Of a stretch of 64,000 nucleotides of DNA, positions 50,848 through 64,000 are shown piece after piece (within the stretch, counting starts at the first letter, position 1; the number at the start of each line of letters is the position of its first letter). Under the pieces are notes generated by a model, which had not been told where the DNA came from, searched no databases, and was given only the letters and a program-made list of their open reading frames with translations. The stretch is from assembly GCF_036365525.1 (NCBI RefSeq), contig NC_090393.1, forward strand, positions 14,604,201-14,668,200, given 5' to 3'. The stretch comes from Heterodontus francisci (Eukaryota). Both the position numbers and the translations under genes were made by a program.

Positions 50848-53800
50848 TGTTATATATTGTTATACTATCTGTAAAGTGCTAGGAACTAATTAGCTAGGAA
50901 CTAGTTGTTATGTGTAAGTGCTCCAGTGGGGCCACATTCACGGCTGCACTGGAGAGTCATGGTATATGTAACACAAAACCAGTCTCACCAGTCCTACAGC
51001 AGGCAGCATGGTGGCTGAACAAATAAACAAAAAGTTCAAGCCTTTCCAAGTTTAAAGTGTGATTATTTCCAAAATCTGGGAACCAGAAAACAACAAGAAG
51101 GCGTAACAACTGCACGACTGTTTTAACTGTCATTAGTGCCACCTTTGCACCAGTTGTCCTGGTGACTTGCAGCTACTGAGTAATTGGACACAGGCACAGA
51201 TTAAAGTGTTGATGAGGGATCCCCTGTGGCCTGTGACAGACACAACTTGCCACTTCTATGAATAATTTTAACAGAAGGTGTTAACTCGGGTATGTGTGTG
51301 TCTGTGAGTAAATCTAGAACATTTTAAAAGAACTAGATTGGGAAAATTGACCCAAATTAGTGCCAGAGAGAGAGAAAGAAAAACTGAGTGACTCGTGTGA
51401 AAACGAAAAACGAAATGTCAGCTGGGACAGGAATGAATGCACAGCTACAGCCCATAATGATTTGGGAAGCTAATGATGTCATAGAAGTATTTGGGAAGTT
51501 TAAACAAAAGTGCAGATTGACATTCAGTAGTTTCCTAAAAGGAACTAGTGAAGAGGAGAGGGTCAGCTATATCCTTCTGTGGGCTGGAGATAAAGGATTA
51601 CATTTATTTAACAGCTGGGAGCTAAGTGAAGAGGGCAGCAGAAACCCAGACAAAATTTTTGAAAGATTCAGCATCCATCTCCAGCCAAAATCAAATCATT
51701 GGATATACTGATATGAATTTCAAGGCCTCAGACAGAAAGTAGGTGAGCCGATTGACAGTTTTGTAATGATTTAAAAATACAGCCAGAAAATGTAAATTTA
51801 AGGACACAGATGAACGGCTGATAGATCAGTACATTTGGGGTTCTGCACATCCTGAAGTACAGAAAGCTTTAATTGGACAGGACAAGCTCACAATATTGCA
51901 GGCTGCAGACACTGCCAGAGCACATGAAGCCACGAGCAGATAGAGGAAGACACTGACTACCCAAACGACTAGCTTTCAGTTAAGCCAAGAGAAAGGCAGC
52001 TGGATTGATGCATTGAAACAACAATGAAAGAATGTACAACAGACAGAGAGAAAGACGTGCAGGAGCTGCGGACGACCACACGAATTGACAGATAGAAAAA
52101 AATGTCCCACATATGGATCAATCTGCAGAGGAGTCATCAGAGCGAGAGTAACAGGGCGAAGGAATAGTGAAAGAAACCAAAACATCCATACAGTGGAAGA
52201 TGACGATGGGTTTGAGAACATGACAGACATAAGAACCATAGAATTGCATGAAATGTCTGGATGTGACATCCCAGAGAAAAGAAATTAACACAACCATTCA
52301 GATCAGGAAGAGGGTGAGAAATAAGCCCACAATGATAAATCTGAAGGTGAAGATTGATACTGGAGCGCAGAGTAACATCACCCGCTCAGACTATACCGGG
52401 GGATCTTTCCTGAAAATTTGGAGGAAAATAACTATCCAAGGAAAAGTGCTCTGATACCAAACAACGTCATGCTAACAGCATACGGGGGAACTGAGATTCC
52501 ACAACTAGGAAGAACCCAAATCAGAGAGCCACACAAAGGAAAAGATATTAACTTTATGTTCTTCATCACTGAAACAGATGGTCCTGCTATCCTGGGGTTG
52601 AGCAGTTGCGAAGAGCCGCAGATTATCTCAGTAAACCATGAGGTGAAGGAGGTGACACTGAGGGTTGAAGATAGTACACACATTGAAAAGCGCCCTCCAA
52701 TCAGAAGCAAAGAAGATCTAGTACAAATGTACCCAGAGTGTTTCGATGAGATAGTTGGATGCTTTGAAGATTTTGAGTAGTGATGAAACCAATGATTCAT
52801 CCCCCACGTAAAGTACCAGTAGAACTAAAAGCAAAGCTTGAAAGAGAGTTCCAAGAAATGGAAGAAAAGAAGGTGATTGCAAGAGTCACAGAGCCTACAG
52901 ATTGGGTAAATTCCATCGTGGTGAAAGAGAAGCCAAATCCCAAAGATCTGAAACCAAGCAATAAAGAGGGATCACTACCCTATTCCAACATTGGAAGAAA
53001 TCACAACAGCACTGGCAGGGCCAAAAGTTTTCAGTAAGCTTGATGCCAGCAATGACTCCTGGAATATGAAGCTAGTCGCAGAATCTTCACTGTTGACAAC
53101 ATTCAACACACCCTTTGGACGGTACAAATTCCTGCATCTACCCTTTGGCCTCAAAGTGAGCCCGGATTTTCCAACAGAAAGTAGACGAGACATGCAGGGG
53201 ATGCAAAGGAGCAGTCGGCATAGCTGATGATATCCAGATAAATGGTGTAGATGGAAAAGATCATGACAACCATCTACATGAAGCCATGGAGAGAACCAGG
53301 AAAGCTGGGATTAAGCTAAAATGCAGACAAATGCATTATGAAAGTGACAGAATGCCAGTTCTTCGGAATGGTGTACACACCTGGTGGAGTCAAGCTGAGT
53401 CCTGAAAGAATCTCAGCCATCTCTGGGATGGAAGCCCCAAGAGATAAGAGAGAGTTGAGAAGTTTCCTTGGTTTGATACAATACATGAGCTCCTTTATTC
53501 TGCATATGTCGGAACACACAGCAAACCTGCGGGAGCTGATGAAAGATGTTGTAGAGTACCAGTGGTCAGAGTCACATGACAGGAGTTTCAATAAACTCAA
53601 AAAGGTAGTATGCAAGGAGTCCTACAACAGAAAGAAACCTGTCACTCTGCAAGTAGATGCTTCCACAAAAGGACTGGGAGCAGCCCTGGTACAAGAGGGA
53701 AAGCCAATAGCATTTACATCCAAAGCTCTAACATCAGCTTAGACAAGATATGCCAACATTTAAAGAGAGCTTTTAGCAGTCATGTATGGATCTGCGAAGT

Positions 53801-55491
53801 TCCACATATCTCTATGGGAGAAAGTTGATAGTGGAGAGTGATCATCGTCCACTAGAGCAGGTCTACAAGAAAAATCTATGTAAAGCACCAACAAGACTGC
53901 AGAGGTTACTCCTGAGGTTTCAGAGATACAATTTCACTCTGAAATATAAGCCAGGAAGAGAAATGGTGCTGGCAGATACCCTGTCTCAGTTGTCACCACA
54001 AGAGAAACATGAGATAGAAGATCTAGGTATAAAGATTCATCTCCTATTGAATGTAACACCACCAAAACTTAGTCAAATTAGAAATGAGACTAGCAAAGAT
54101 GAGGAGTTACAGATGCTATCTCAGCAAGTAATCCAGGGATGGCCTGATAAGATACAGCACACACAGCCAGCAATATGGCAGTACTGGTCTATCAGAGATG
54201 ACATCTCACTAGAAGATGGTGTTCTGCTGGCCGGATCCAGAATAATCATACCCAAAACAATGCAGGAAGAACTTCTCTAAAAGATACATGAAGGCCACAT
54301 GGGAATGGAGAAGTGTAAGCTCAGAGTCTGATCAGCTGTGTATTGGATAGGCATAGACAAAGATATCGAAAATATGGCGTCTACATACAATGCATGCCAG
54401 AAGTACAGAAACCCACAGCAAAAAGAGGAGATGATAGCTACTGAATTACCACTCAGACCATGGCATACTGTAGGAGTTGATTTATTCAGACATAATCAAG
54501 AATGGTATCTCATAGTCACAGACTACTACTCAAAACCTGGCCTTATTGTCACTCCGATCCACACCTCTCAAGGCTGACATGAAATCACCTGCAGAGCTGT
54601 TAAATGGAAGAAAATATAAAACAACTCTGCCAAGCAAAATACATCCTTCAAGTGACCAGGAGGAAGTGAGACAACAACTCACTGAAGCACAGGTAAGAGG
54701 AGAGCAATACTTCAACAAATATACTAATTCTCTACCTGAGCTGTTGAAAGGACAAACTGTACATGTACAGGATCCAATCATGGAAACCTGGAGCCCAGCA
54801 AAAGTTGTTGGTGAAGCTGAGACTCCAAGGTCATAAATCATTGAGACTGAAACCGGTAACCAAATGAGAAGGAATAGAATCCATATTCGACCTACACCTG
54901 AGCTGGAACAACAGAAAAGACCATCAACAACACTGGAAACATCACTATCCAGTGAGACAACATTAACAACATCACCATCAAGTGACACAACATCGCCTGT
55001 ACAGCGTGGCAACTCACCACTGAGAGCAACAAATGCCAAATCTACACGATGGAGGCACAACATCTTACCACCCAAGCGATACCATGAATAATATTTTTTA
55101 GAAAAAGAATACACGCTATAAAAGACTCTAAAAAGGGGTTCAGATTAATTCCAAAAGTCGGTTGATAATCTTCTTTTGTGATATTGACAGTTATATTGAT
55201 ATGGGGCATTACGTTTTAAAGAAAGAGGGATGTTATAAATTGTTATACTATCTGTAAAGTGCTAGGAACTAATTAGCAAGGAACCAGTTGTTATGTGTAA
55301 GTGTTCCAGTGGGGTCACATTCACGACTGCACTGGAGAGTCATGGTATATGTAACATAAAACCAGTCTCACCAGCCCTACAACAGACAGCATGGTGGCTG
55401 AACAAATAAATAAAAAGCTCAAGCCTTACCAAGTTTAAAGTGTGATTATTTCCAACATCTGGGAACCAGAAAACAACAAGAAGGCGTAACA
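50848..55491 (+). mobile_element. Gypsy (Mag-like) copy B: both LTRs, PBS replaced, gag-pol pseudogene with deletions
   Basis: 261-bp LTRs 50848-51108 and 55231-55491; PPT aaagaaagaggga at 55218-55230; internal region colinear with copy A; RT IADDI; zinc knuckle and integrase core deleted. Confidence 0.95.
51109..51295 (+). repeat. Direct duplicate of the element's 3' flank (55492-55678)
   Basis: ttttaactgtcattagtgccac...ggtgttaactcgggta follows both LTRs. Confidence 0.92.
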
Positions 55492-56939
55492 GCTACACAA
55501 ACATTTTAACTGTCATTAGTGCCACTTTTGCACCAGTTGTCCTGGTGACTTGCAGCTACTGTGTAATTGGACACAGGCACAGATTAAAGTGTTGACGAGG
55601 GGTCCCCTGTGGCCTGTGACAGACACAACTTGCCACTTCTATGAATAATTTTGACAGAAGGTGTTAACTCGGGTACGTAGCTAAGCTGTGACTAAAAAAA
55701 TCTCACACCGAGGATTCATTGGTGACTCTGCTATGGTGCAATACAAGACTGACAGTTGTTATAGGAACACTGGACTTTGTAACATGATCATGTTTTTAAA
55801 AACTGATTTTTAAAAGTTTGAGATGGAGTCCAGAAGCTCAGGTGACCTCACATCCACACTACTAAAGGACAAGACAGATCAAAGACTTTTTTTTGAAAAA
55901 GAAAGACTGCAGGGGTAACACCTGAAAAAGAATGAGTTTCACCCTCCCAAACTTTCAATTCGTAAAACAAGGAGTTGGTGCCACTTAAGATACACACGTA
56001 CCAAGCAGCTGTTAACACCTGGGAACAATGAAGGGCCCAGGTGGCTCTGCATATTGGAACAGGAAAATAAGCTATTGACTTCTGAGTCCAGATAAATTTA
56101 ACAGATTTTCTGAAGGCAGACAAGCTGTAAGAAGGGAACCCAATGGTTGCAGCCTGAAAGCAGGCGGTAAGGATGACAACCAGTGGTTACAGCCTCGCGA
56201 GAGAGAGGAAACACCCGCTCTTGGAAGACTGATACAGCAAAAAGCTGCAAAGGCTTGAACCTGTTTTGAAAGTTGAAATTTGCAGAGAAGTAGAAAACCA
56301 CTGGATCATCAGGAATCGTCTTATTCACAGATGTCCTGGTCAGAAGTGCTTGGTGAAGCGAGCAAAGAGGACACTGATTTTTGAAAAGGTCCGGGAGATC
56401 CATCCCATTGCTACTGGGAGGAGTTTGGGACTTTTAACCACAAAGGATTTCGCCATCAAAAAGGACTGTGTGGTGTGAGGTTTTCAAGTATTTTAATAAG
56501 TAAATAAAATACCATTCTTGGTAATCTGGGGTATCAGCTTCTTAGAAATTACTATTTGGTTAATGGGGATTTCTTTTCGTTTAGTTATAATAAAAGTCCT
56601 CACTCTTGCACTGTCATATCTTGATTTTTCACAAACCATGGTACTACTTGTTTCGAAATGCATGATGGAATGACGCAATGCTGGCACAGCCACAATGGGC
56701 CGAATGCCCTCATTCTGTGCTGTATGAGTCTATGAAGTCACGTTAAAAAGCATCTTCACTTGATGAAAATGACATACAATTCCACCCTCCAAATGGAAAA
56801 CCTGCTCAACGTACTTTTCATGAAAAGGGAGCTCTTTTTGCTTTCAGCAACGTCACTGTTGGAGAAAGGAATACTTTCCATTTTAACCAAGAATGGCATG
56901 AATTTATATTGCACCCTTATTAGGTCTCAAAATGTTTCA

Positions 56940-57345
56940 CATACGAACTTAAGAAATGGGAGGAGGTCATATGGCACCTCAAGCTGGCATCATTATTCAA
57001 TGAGATCATGGCTGATCTTTGGTCTCAACTCCATCTTCCCCCATGATTCCCATATCCCCTGATGCTCCGAGAGTCCAAAAATCTATCTATCCCTGTCTTG
57101 AATATACTCGACAACTGAGCATTCACAGCTCTCCAGGGTAGAGAATTCCCAAGATTCACAACCCTTCGAATGAAGAAATTTCTCCTCCTCTCAGTCCTAA
57201 ATGATTGACCCCTTATCCCCCTAATTCCAGATTCTCCAGCCAGAGGAAACAGCCTTCTGCCCAATCGATCCTTTTCAGAATTTTTCATATTTCAATGAGA
57301 TCACCTCTCATTTTTCTAAGCTAAAGAGAGCACAGGCCCATCACG
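56940..57345 (-). mobile_element. CR1 3' fragment
   Basis: LFPLAGES...FRTERRRNFF...GNSLP, followed by the 3' UTR. Confidence 0.85.
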
Positions 57346-57349
57346 TCTA

Positions 57350-57742
57350 GAGAATAACTTCTGAAATGCCACCCCTGTTGTGGGTAGAACTGGCAGTCAA
57401 TTTTCATGCAGCAAGGTCCAATAAACAACAAATGAGACGATTGTCCAATTAATCTGATTTTGGTCATGTTGATTGAGGGAGGAATGTTGGTCAGGGCATT
57501 GAGAGAAATCCCTGCTCTTCTTCACATAGTGCAGTGGGATTCTTAATAGTCACCTGGACAGACAGACATGGCCTCATGTTTAATGTCTGATTCAAAAGAT
57601 GGCACCTTCCACAATCTAGCATTTTCTCAGTACTGCACTTACACGTCAGTCTGGATTATATACTCCAGCTCTGGAGTGGGGCTTGATCCTACAAACATCT
57701 AAGACAGAGGTGAGAATGCAATCAACTGAGCAACACTGACAA
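57350..57742 (-). mobile_element. Deu-type SINE, decayed
   Basis: Reverse complement of the SINE body ending caactgagcaacactgac. Another partial copy at about 58710-58970(-). Confidence 0.75.
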
Positions 57743-60700
57743 TGTAAGCATCAAGGCTTTCCAAGTCAGGTATAGTGTAATCGAATATGGAATAAAATTT
57801 CATCCAAAATGTGCAAACAATGGGGAAAGTTTTCTACTGTTTGCTATTGATGGGGAAAATTCTAAACACGTGTGGAAGGAGCCTGATTACCATGCGCAAA
57901 CAGCAGAAGCCTTCTCCCGATGTATCAAACCTCAGAGAGAAATCCCTACAGCACCAAGTGCGTCCAATCCTATTCAATGCACCAACCATTCTGTAACCTC
58001 ATTTAATTTAATGAGGCCAAAATGTGCAAATATAAAGGGCACTTTTGATCTGTTGGCTCAGATCCACCTGGAACTGGATGAAAACGGCACATGAACTCAT
58101 TTCATGCAGGATCCTTGTAGCTCAGATCAGAAATTCTCAAAGAATGCACTTCTAACTTCAGAAAGCAATGGACATTTTCTGTAGCAATGCTGTATATTGA
58201 GTGTAATACTAAAGTAATTATTTGCCACTTTGGAATTTCCAGTACTACACACTCTAGTTAATAAAATTATTATTTCACAGAAGTAAATAAAAGCAGGAAA
58301 AGGGCAATTGCTTTCTCAACTGAAACCTTAAGAATAATATTTGAAAAATAATGAACCTGGATAATTTATTAGCTCTTGTGTTTGAGTTGAATAAAGAGAA
58401 CCATTCTCAGACTTTCTTCAGTTTTGGAACTTACTTTTCAACCTTGGTGCTGTCTTGTTCTATGGCCTTTGGGCCTTGGATTTTAGGCTTTGGGCCTCCA
58501 CCTAAGTTTCTCAATTTAAAAAAACGGCTGTCTTGAAAGGCACAATGTGGAATTAGTCCCTTCTCACAGAATCTGATGAAGAATTACAAGGCCAGAAAAT
58601 AATTACTGATGAGCAAAGCCATTCAGCCCATCTGACAATTCAACCTATCCGGAGATCTCCTTAAATTGTAGCACTGCCTTGATTTCGGGCAATTTTACAA
58701 CAAGAAAAGATAAGAAGTAACTTGCATTTATGTGGCGATTTTCACAGCTTTGGGGCGTCCTATAGTATTTTTACAGCGACTGTAGTAGTCACAGTTATAA
58801 TGGATGAAATGTGGCAGCCAATTTACAAGCTCCCACAAACAGCAATGAAATAGTGACCAGATAATCAGTTTTTATCGATGCTGGTTGAGGGATAAATCCT
58901 GGCCAGAACAGTGGAGAGAACTCTCTTGCTCGTCTTCGAAATAATGTCATGGAATCTTTTGCATCCACCGTCATGGTTTAATTATATATTTTTAAAAACA
59001 TATCTGTGGAATACAGACTTAGTTGGCCTCTTTATTATTTGTGTGGTCCTGCAATGATTTGGGGCATTTTTCTGCCTGTGTAGGCAAAGCCAGCCCAGAT
59101 CTCGGGCAAGTCTAATTCAGCTTCTTCAACGTCTTTGCTGAAAATCATCAGTCAGCTCAAGTCAGGGATGATATTCTCCCGACGTGTGACACATCTTTGT
59201 GTTGTGACTCCATCGTCACCTTGTCACCATTTATACTGTTACTGTGATGTCATTTTCATCCTCAGCAGAATTCCTAAAAGCCAGAGCCATAAATTTTTTT
59301 GGAGACTGCATTTAAAAAAAATTCCCTTCTTAGTTCATGGAACCAAGCAGTACAGATTGACACTCTGAATTTGGTTTAGGAGACAGCTGAACCGTTAGAC
59401 ACTCCTGAACCTGTCACCACCCTGTGCTCAGACGATCTGCAGTTATTATCCTCCTGGGAGAAATCTATCCTCATCTGGTTCCCTTGTTACTAAAACTGTC
59501 TTATTCAACCTTGCAGTGACAAGAAAGGGGAATTTTAAATTTGTTGTGTGTGTGTTTTTTTTGAAGTAGTAGCTTTTATCTATGGTGGGGAACAATTTCT
59601 ATTTAACAGTATGTTTTTCAATGGCAGCAGAGCAGGTGCTGGAATCTCTGTACATGACTCTTGGCACTGCTCCATTATGTTGTGATTACTCATTGGGTGT
59701 TCAATTATCAAGGGTTTGAAAAATATCTAGCCAGTTATCTGTAGTTTGCTGCATTGTATAAATTGACAAATCCCAGGGAAGAGCCACGGTTTGTAATGCA
59801 GGGCAGCACGAACACGGAAAAGGGAAGAATACAAGGCAAGGTTAAATCAGGAAGCCGTGATTAGGTGGCACTAATTTGGTTTTATAAGCATTGTAGGAAG
59901 AAAGAGTAAGTGAATGAGGTAAGGAGTTGCACAGTTTTGAGATGTTGGGAAAGATTGGTTGTAATATTTACTGGGGTGGGTTGCAGGAGGTGGAAACGTT
60001 ATTATAGCTTATGTAAGCATTGTAAGATGTTTTATATAATCTCCCCTTCTGGATGTGAGCCTTATTGACAGGCTTAGCTGCCTGCCAGGTGAGGAAGGCT
60101 CCAGAGAAGACAGCAGCTCAGGATCAAAAAAGTAGTCATTGGATTAGAGATCGCAGCCAGGGAGGTTGGTGGGTAAGCATGGTTGGAGGTCTGTGGAAGA
60201 TCGCAGGGTCTGGTGATTGTGTGGGGCTTGGGTTTCTGGGGGGGGGGGGTGGTGGAGAATGGGTGGGGAGAGATGGCAAGGTGGGGGGGGGGGGTTTGGG
60301 GAAAGATTTGGAGATTGAGGTGGGGAGGGAATTGGGGGAGATTGTGAAGATGGGTGCGGGGGTTTATAGCTTAGCTTGTTATGTCTGGAGGCAACTCTCC
60401 CACTCTTCTTGGCCCACAAGCAGTGCTGTAAAGGCATCTTATGAATCCAGCCCTTCTCTGTGTTTCCTGAGCCCTGGGAAACCCAGGGTTAAATATAGAA
60501 AGCTTGTAAAAATGGAGGCTCACAGCCTCCCTAAAAGGTTTCAGCAGAGAGTGGGTTGGTCACCCACACCCACCGTCCTGCCTCTGTTACAACCTGAAGT
60601 TTGCAGTTACAAGCTGAATTCCATTCCTATTTTAGATTTTTAACATTTTATCCTCCCAGCTGACTCCAGCCCTCCCATTTTTTGGAGGTTAATATTACCC

Positions 60701-60794
60701 TAATTGAGTTAGAATGGGAGGCTGTGATTTTGATAGTGAGGCTGCAGAGAGGAGGAAGTGTAAATAGGATGGTTTGTGAATGGTCAAGTAAAAA

Positions 60795-61370
60795 TAAGGA
60801 CGTAAGAAAATAAGGAATAGGAGTGGAACTAGGTCAAACAGTCCATCAAGCCTGCTCCAACATCCAGTAAAATCATGACCTTTTGATCCTCTACATCCAC
60901 CTCACTTTCCATTGTTTACCTTAGCGTCCAGAAATCTACCAATCTCATTCTTGAATATACTTATTGACTGAGCATCCACAGCACTCTGGTAAAGAAATCT
61001 AAAGATTTACAATCCTCTGAGTGAAGAAAGTTCTCCTCATCTCAGTCCTAAATGGCCAACCCCTTATCCTGAGACTATGCCCCCTAGTTCTAGACTCTCC
61101 ATCCAGGGGAAACAGCCTCTCAGCATCGGCCCTGTCAAGCCCTGCAAGAATTGTAGGGGTGTTTCAAGAGATCACCTCTCATTCCTCTCAACTAAAGAGA
61201 ATACAGGTCCATTCTACTCAATCTTTCTTCATTCGGCCAACCCTCTCATCCCAGGGGTCAATCTAGTGAACTTTGGTTAAACCACCTCCAAAGCAAGTAT
61301 ATCCTTCCTTAGGTAAGGAGAACAAAACTGTACACAGTACTTCAGATGTGGCCTCACCAAAGCCCTACAT
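60795..61370 (-). mobile_element. CR1 3' fragment
   Basis: aaagttctcctcatctcagtcctaaatgg...ctagtgaac...aaactgtacacagtac...tgtggcctcacca. Confidence 0.85.
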
Positions 61371-61679
61371 AATAGTGTATAAATATATCTCCTGCACCTC
61401 TGTACATATAAATTCAATCCATATCAGTAGCTTCCAGAAAATGCATGGCAGTAGAAAATAGCAGACTAATGAAAGCACCAGTTCCAGCAATGAGATTACG
61501 AAAATACTATCGGACCAGAAAAGATGACTTAACTATTAAGCCAATTCCTTCTCCAGATTGTCTGGAGTGCACCTTCAATGGACTCTACCCAATTTATTTA
61601 ATCTCTGTAGGAAAGCAATCTTCAACATTTTCTATGTGGTGGACCCCCAACAAATATTGATAATATTGGGTTCTGCTCA

Positions 61680-62560
61680 GACTCCAGGACTTGAGCATAA
61701 AAAATATACTGACACCTCAGTGCAGTACTGAGGGGATGCTGCACTGTCAGCAGTGCCATCTTTCAAATGAGACGTTAAACTGAGGCATACATATGAATTA
61801 GGAGCAGGAGTAGGCCATTTGGCCCCTTGGGCAACAAGGCTGATCCGATTGTAACCTCAACTCCACATTCCCACCTACCCCCTTGCTTATCAAGAATCTA
61901 TCTACCTCGGCCTTAAAAATATTCAAAGACTCTGCTTCCACTGTCTTTTGAGGAAGAGAGTTCCAAAGACTCACGACCCTCAGAAAGAAAAAATTCTCCT
62001 CATCTCTGTCTTAAATGGGTGACCCCTTATTTTTAAACAGTGACCCCTAGTTCTAGATTCTCCCACAAGAGGAAAAATCCTTTCCACATCCACCTTGTCA
62101 CGACCCCTCAGGATCTTATGTGTTTCAATCAAGTCTCCTCTTACTCTTCTAAACTCCAGCGGATACAAGCCTAGCCTGTCCAACCTTTCCTCATAAGACA
62201 ACCCATCCATTCCAGGTATTAGTCTAGTGAACCTTCTCTGAACTGCTTCCAATGCAATTACATCCTTCCTTAACTGCCCTGTCAAGTGGATGTAAAAGAT
62301 CCCATAGCTCTATTTCAAACAAGAGTAGGGGAGTTACCTTGGTGTGGTGGCCAATATTTATTCCTCAGTCAGCACCACAAATACAGATTATCTGGCCATT
62401 ATCACATTGTTGCTTATGGGAGCTGACTGTGTGCAAACTGGTTGGTGTCTTTCCTCCATTACAACAGTGGCTACACTTCAAAAGTACTTCATTGGCTGTA
62501 AGGCACTTTGGCACCTTCTGTGATCATAAAAGGGGCTACACAAATGCAAGTCTTTCTTTT
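61680..62560 (+). mobile_element. Deu-type SINE split by a CR1 (-) at about 61787-62273
   Basis: SINE breaks after gacgttaaactgaggc and resumes at ctgccctgtcaagtggatgtaaaag; the insert encodes LEAVQRRFTRLIPG...ESRTRGH (ORF 61980-62285). Confidence 0.88.
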
Positions 62561-64000
62561 GTCAGAGCGGAACATGAATACTGTAACCAGTTTTGGTTGA
62601 CAGGAAACAAGACAGATATTCAAGCACTGGGGCCATTGCAGAGAAGATGCACAAGCTAATCCCCAGTGTCAGGTGTCTGTATCAGGTTAATCTTAAGGAG
62701 GTATGGAAGTTTCTTCAGGTTACAGAAAAATTTATCTGGAATATTATTCACAATTAAACAGCAGGAGTAGGACAAAGGGATACTGGTTGAACTGAAGAAA
62801 CATACTTTAGGACAGATATCAGGAGATCCAAAGAAGATTTATAACATGTGGAATAAACTTTCTGATGGAGTATTGGTATCACAACTCTAGAATCATCTAG
62901 AAACAATTTGATCCTGCAATGGAATGACTTAAGGATCTCTCTAGTGTATTTAATTATTGTAGGGTTATCAGGACATGGAATACTTTACGAGAAACAGCAG
63001 TGGAACCAAAGATAACAAGAGCCTTTATCAAGGGAAGTGGATAGATATTTGAAAATTTAAAAAGCTATGGGAAAAGGGCAATGGGGTGGGATTAAGTAGA
63101 TAGCCCTTTCAGAGAGTAAGTACTGATGTGATGGGCCAAATGGTTTCTTTGCATGCTATCAAATTGTCAAAATCACTATAAACTTAATTAGAAACTCAAA
63201 TGCAAATGTGTCATTAACAGGGGTGCCATTCACTCAACCTTGTGTTCTCGCTACAGCTTGGTGACTAATCTTTTTCAATGAATACATTGTTTACAGTTCT
63301 ACTGGCATAGCATTAAAAGTTGCCTCATGTTTACTTTTCCAATTACCACTAAACCTTGTCCATGTAGTCTGGATAGGGCTGTTTTCTTCACTCAATTGTA
63401 GGCACAATGTTCTGCAGACATATGGAAAGGCAGATGGGCACTGTGTCTTCGGAGTGAATCCATTCAGGCATAGTGATGACACAGGTCCGCTGGCATCATG
63501 GCAGGAGGCACTCTCCTTGGGTAGGCATGGGGTGATATTTATAACTAGGATTACCAGCTGCCTGGTTTTAAATTGGACAATCTAGATTTTTTGTTTGAAG
63601 TGGAGCCAAAGGGTCAACATTAGTAGATTCAGCATTAGAATGCATTAAAGTTCATAGAAGAAACACTGTAGTTGTGAGGGACCCTTTGGCCAGATGAGAT
63701 ATTTGACCAATATTCTGGGATTGTATAACTCAGTACTTAACTGCCTCAGACAACCTGTGTAAACATGCTGTCCTTGCTTCACTAAGAGATAAGGGGAAAT
63801 TAGAGACTCAATAAGCAACAATAAACCATGGGAACTAGCAGTATCAAGGTTGGGAGGCTGAAATAGTGGGAAATATTTGTTGAGGCCATACGATCCAGTT
63901 CATTGATCAAGTCGTAAACCTGGTATGCATCGGGGGTAGTATGATCAATGAGTAATGACTATTGTATCCTATAAATGTGTGCTGTAAACGCTGTATCATT

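Noticed and set aside
50843-51113. Simple solo LTR with TSD ACTGC
   Set aside because: The internal region and a second LTR with the same flank follow; explained instead as the rearrangement reported in findings.
55757-56650. Possible further LTR relic (and another starting near 63750)
   Set aside because: LTR-like composition, but no TG...CA pair with a TSD could be fixed.
60065-60643. 192-aa Gly-rich ORF and G-runs (also 6160-6186, 49395-49420)
   Set aside because: Low-complexity G/C tracts, mostly inside decayed repeats; no coding signature.

Overview
Eukaryotic, repeat-dense DNA with no recognisable host gene. The transposon repertoire (CR1 LINEs, Deu-type and Meta-like SINEs, Penelope-derived repeats, short-LTR Gypsy elements) points to a cartilaginous fish such as a shark; that assignment is inference. 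Most long ORFs are decayed retroelement proteins or their antisense shadows. Main components are three Gypsy (Mag-like, tRNA-Leu-primed) LTR retrotransposons (16127-20229 +, 29919-36734 -, 50848-55491 +), two solo LTRs with 5-bp TSDs, many CR1 copies, RTE and Tx1 fragments, hAT and Harbinger-type MITEs and more than 10 SINEs, often nested with readable target-site duplications. I found no convincing new biological system. The most unusual signals: (1) a Gypsy copy whose primer-binding site is replaced by a ~190-bp copy of its own 3' flank; (2) identical frameshifts in two independently inserted Gypsy copies, implying a defective lineage mobilised in trans; (3) a TSD-flanked 135-bp retroposon that starts with a minimal hammerhead ribozyme; (4) a weak candidate spliced exon pair at 714-1077. 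Coordinates were read by eye and family names come from recalled consensus motifs, not database searches.
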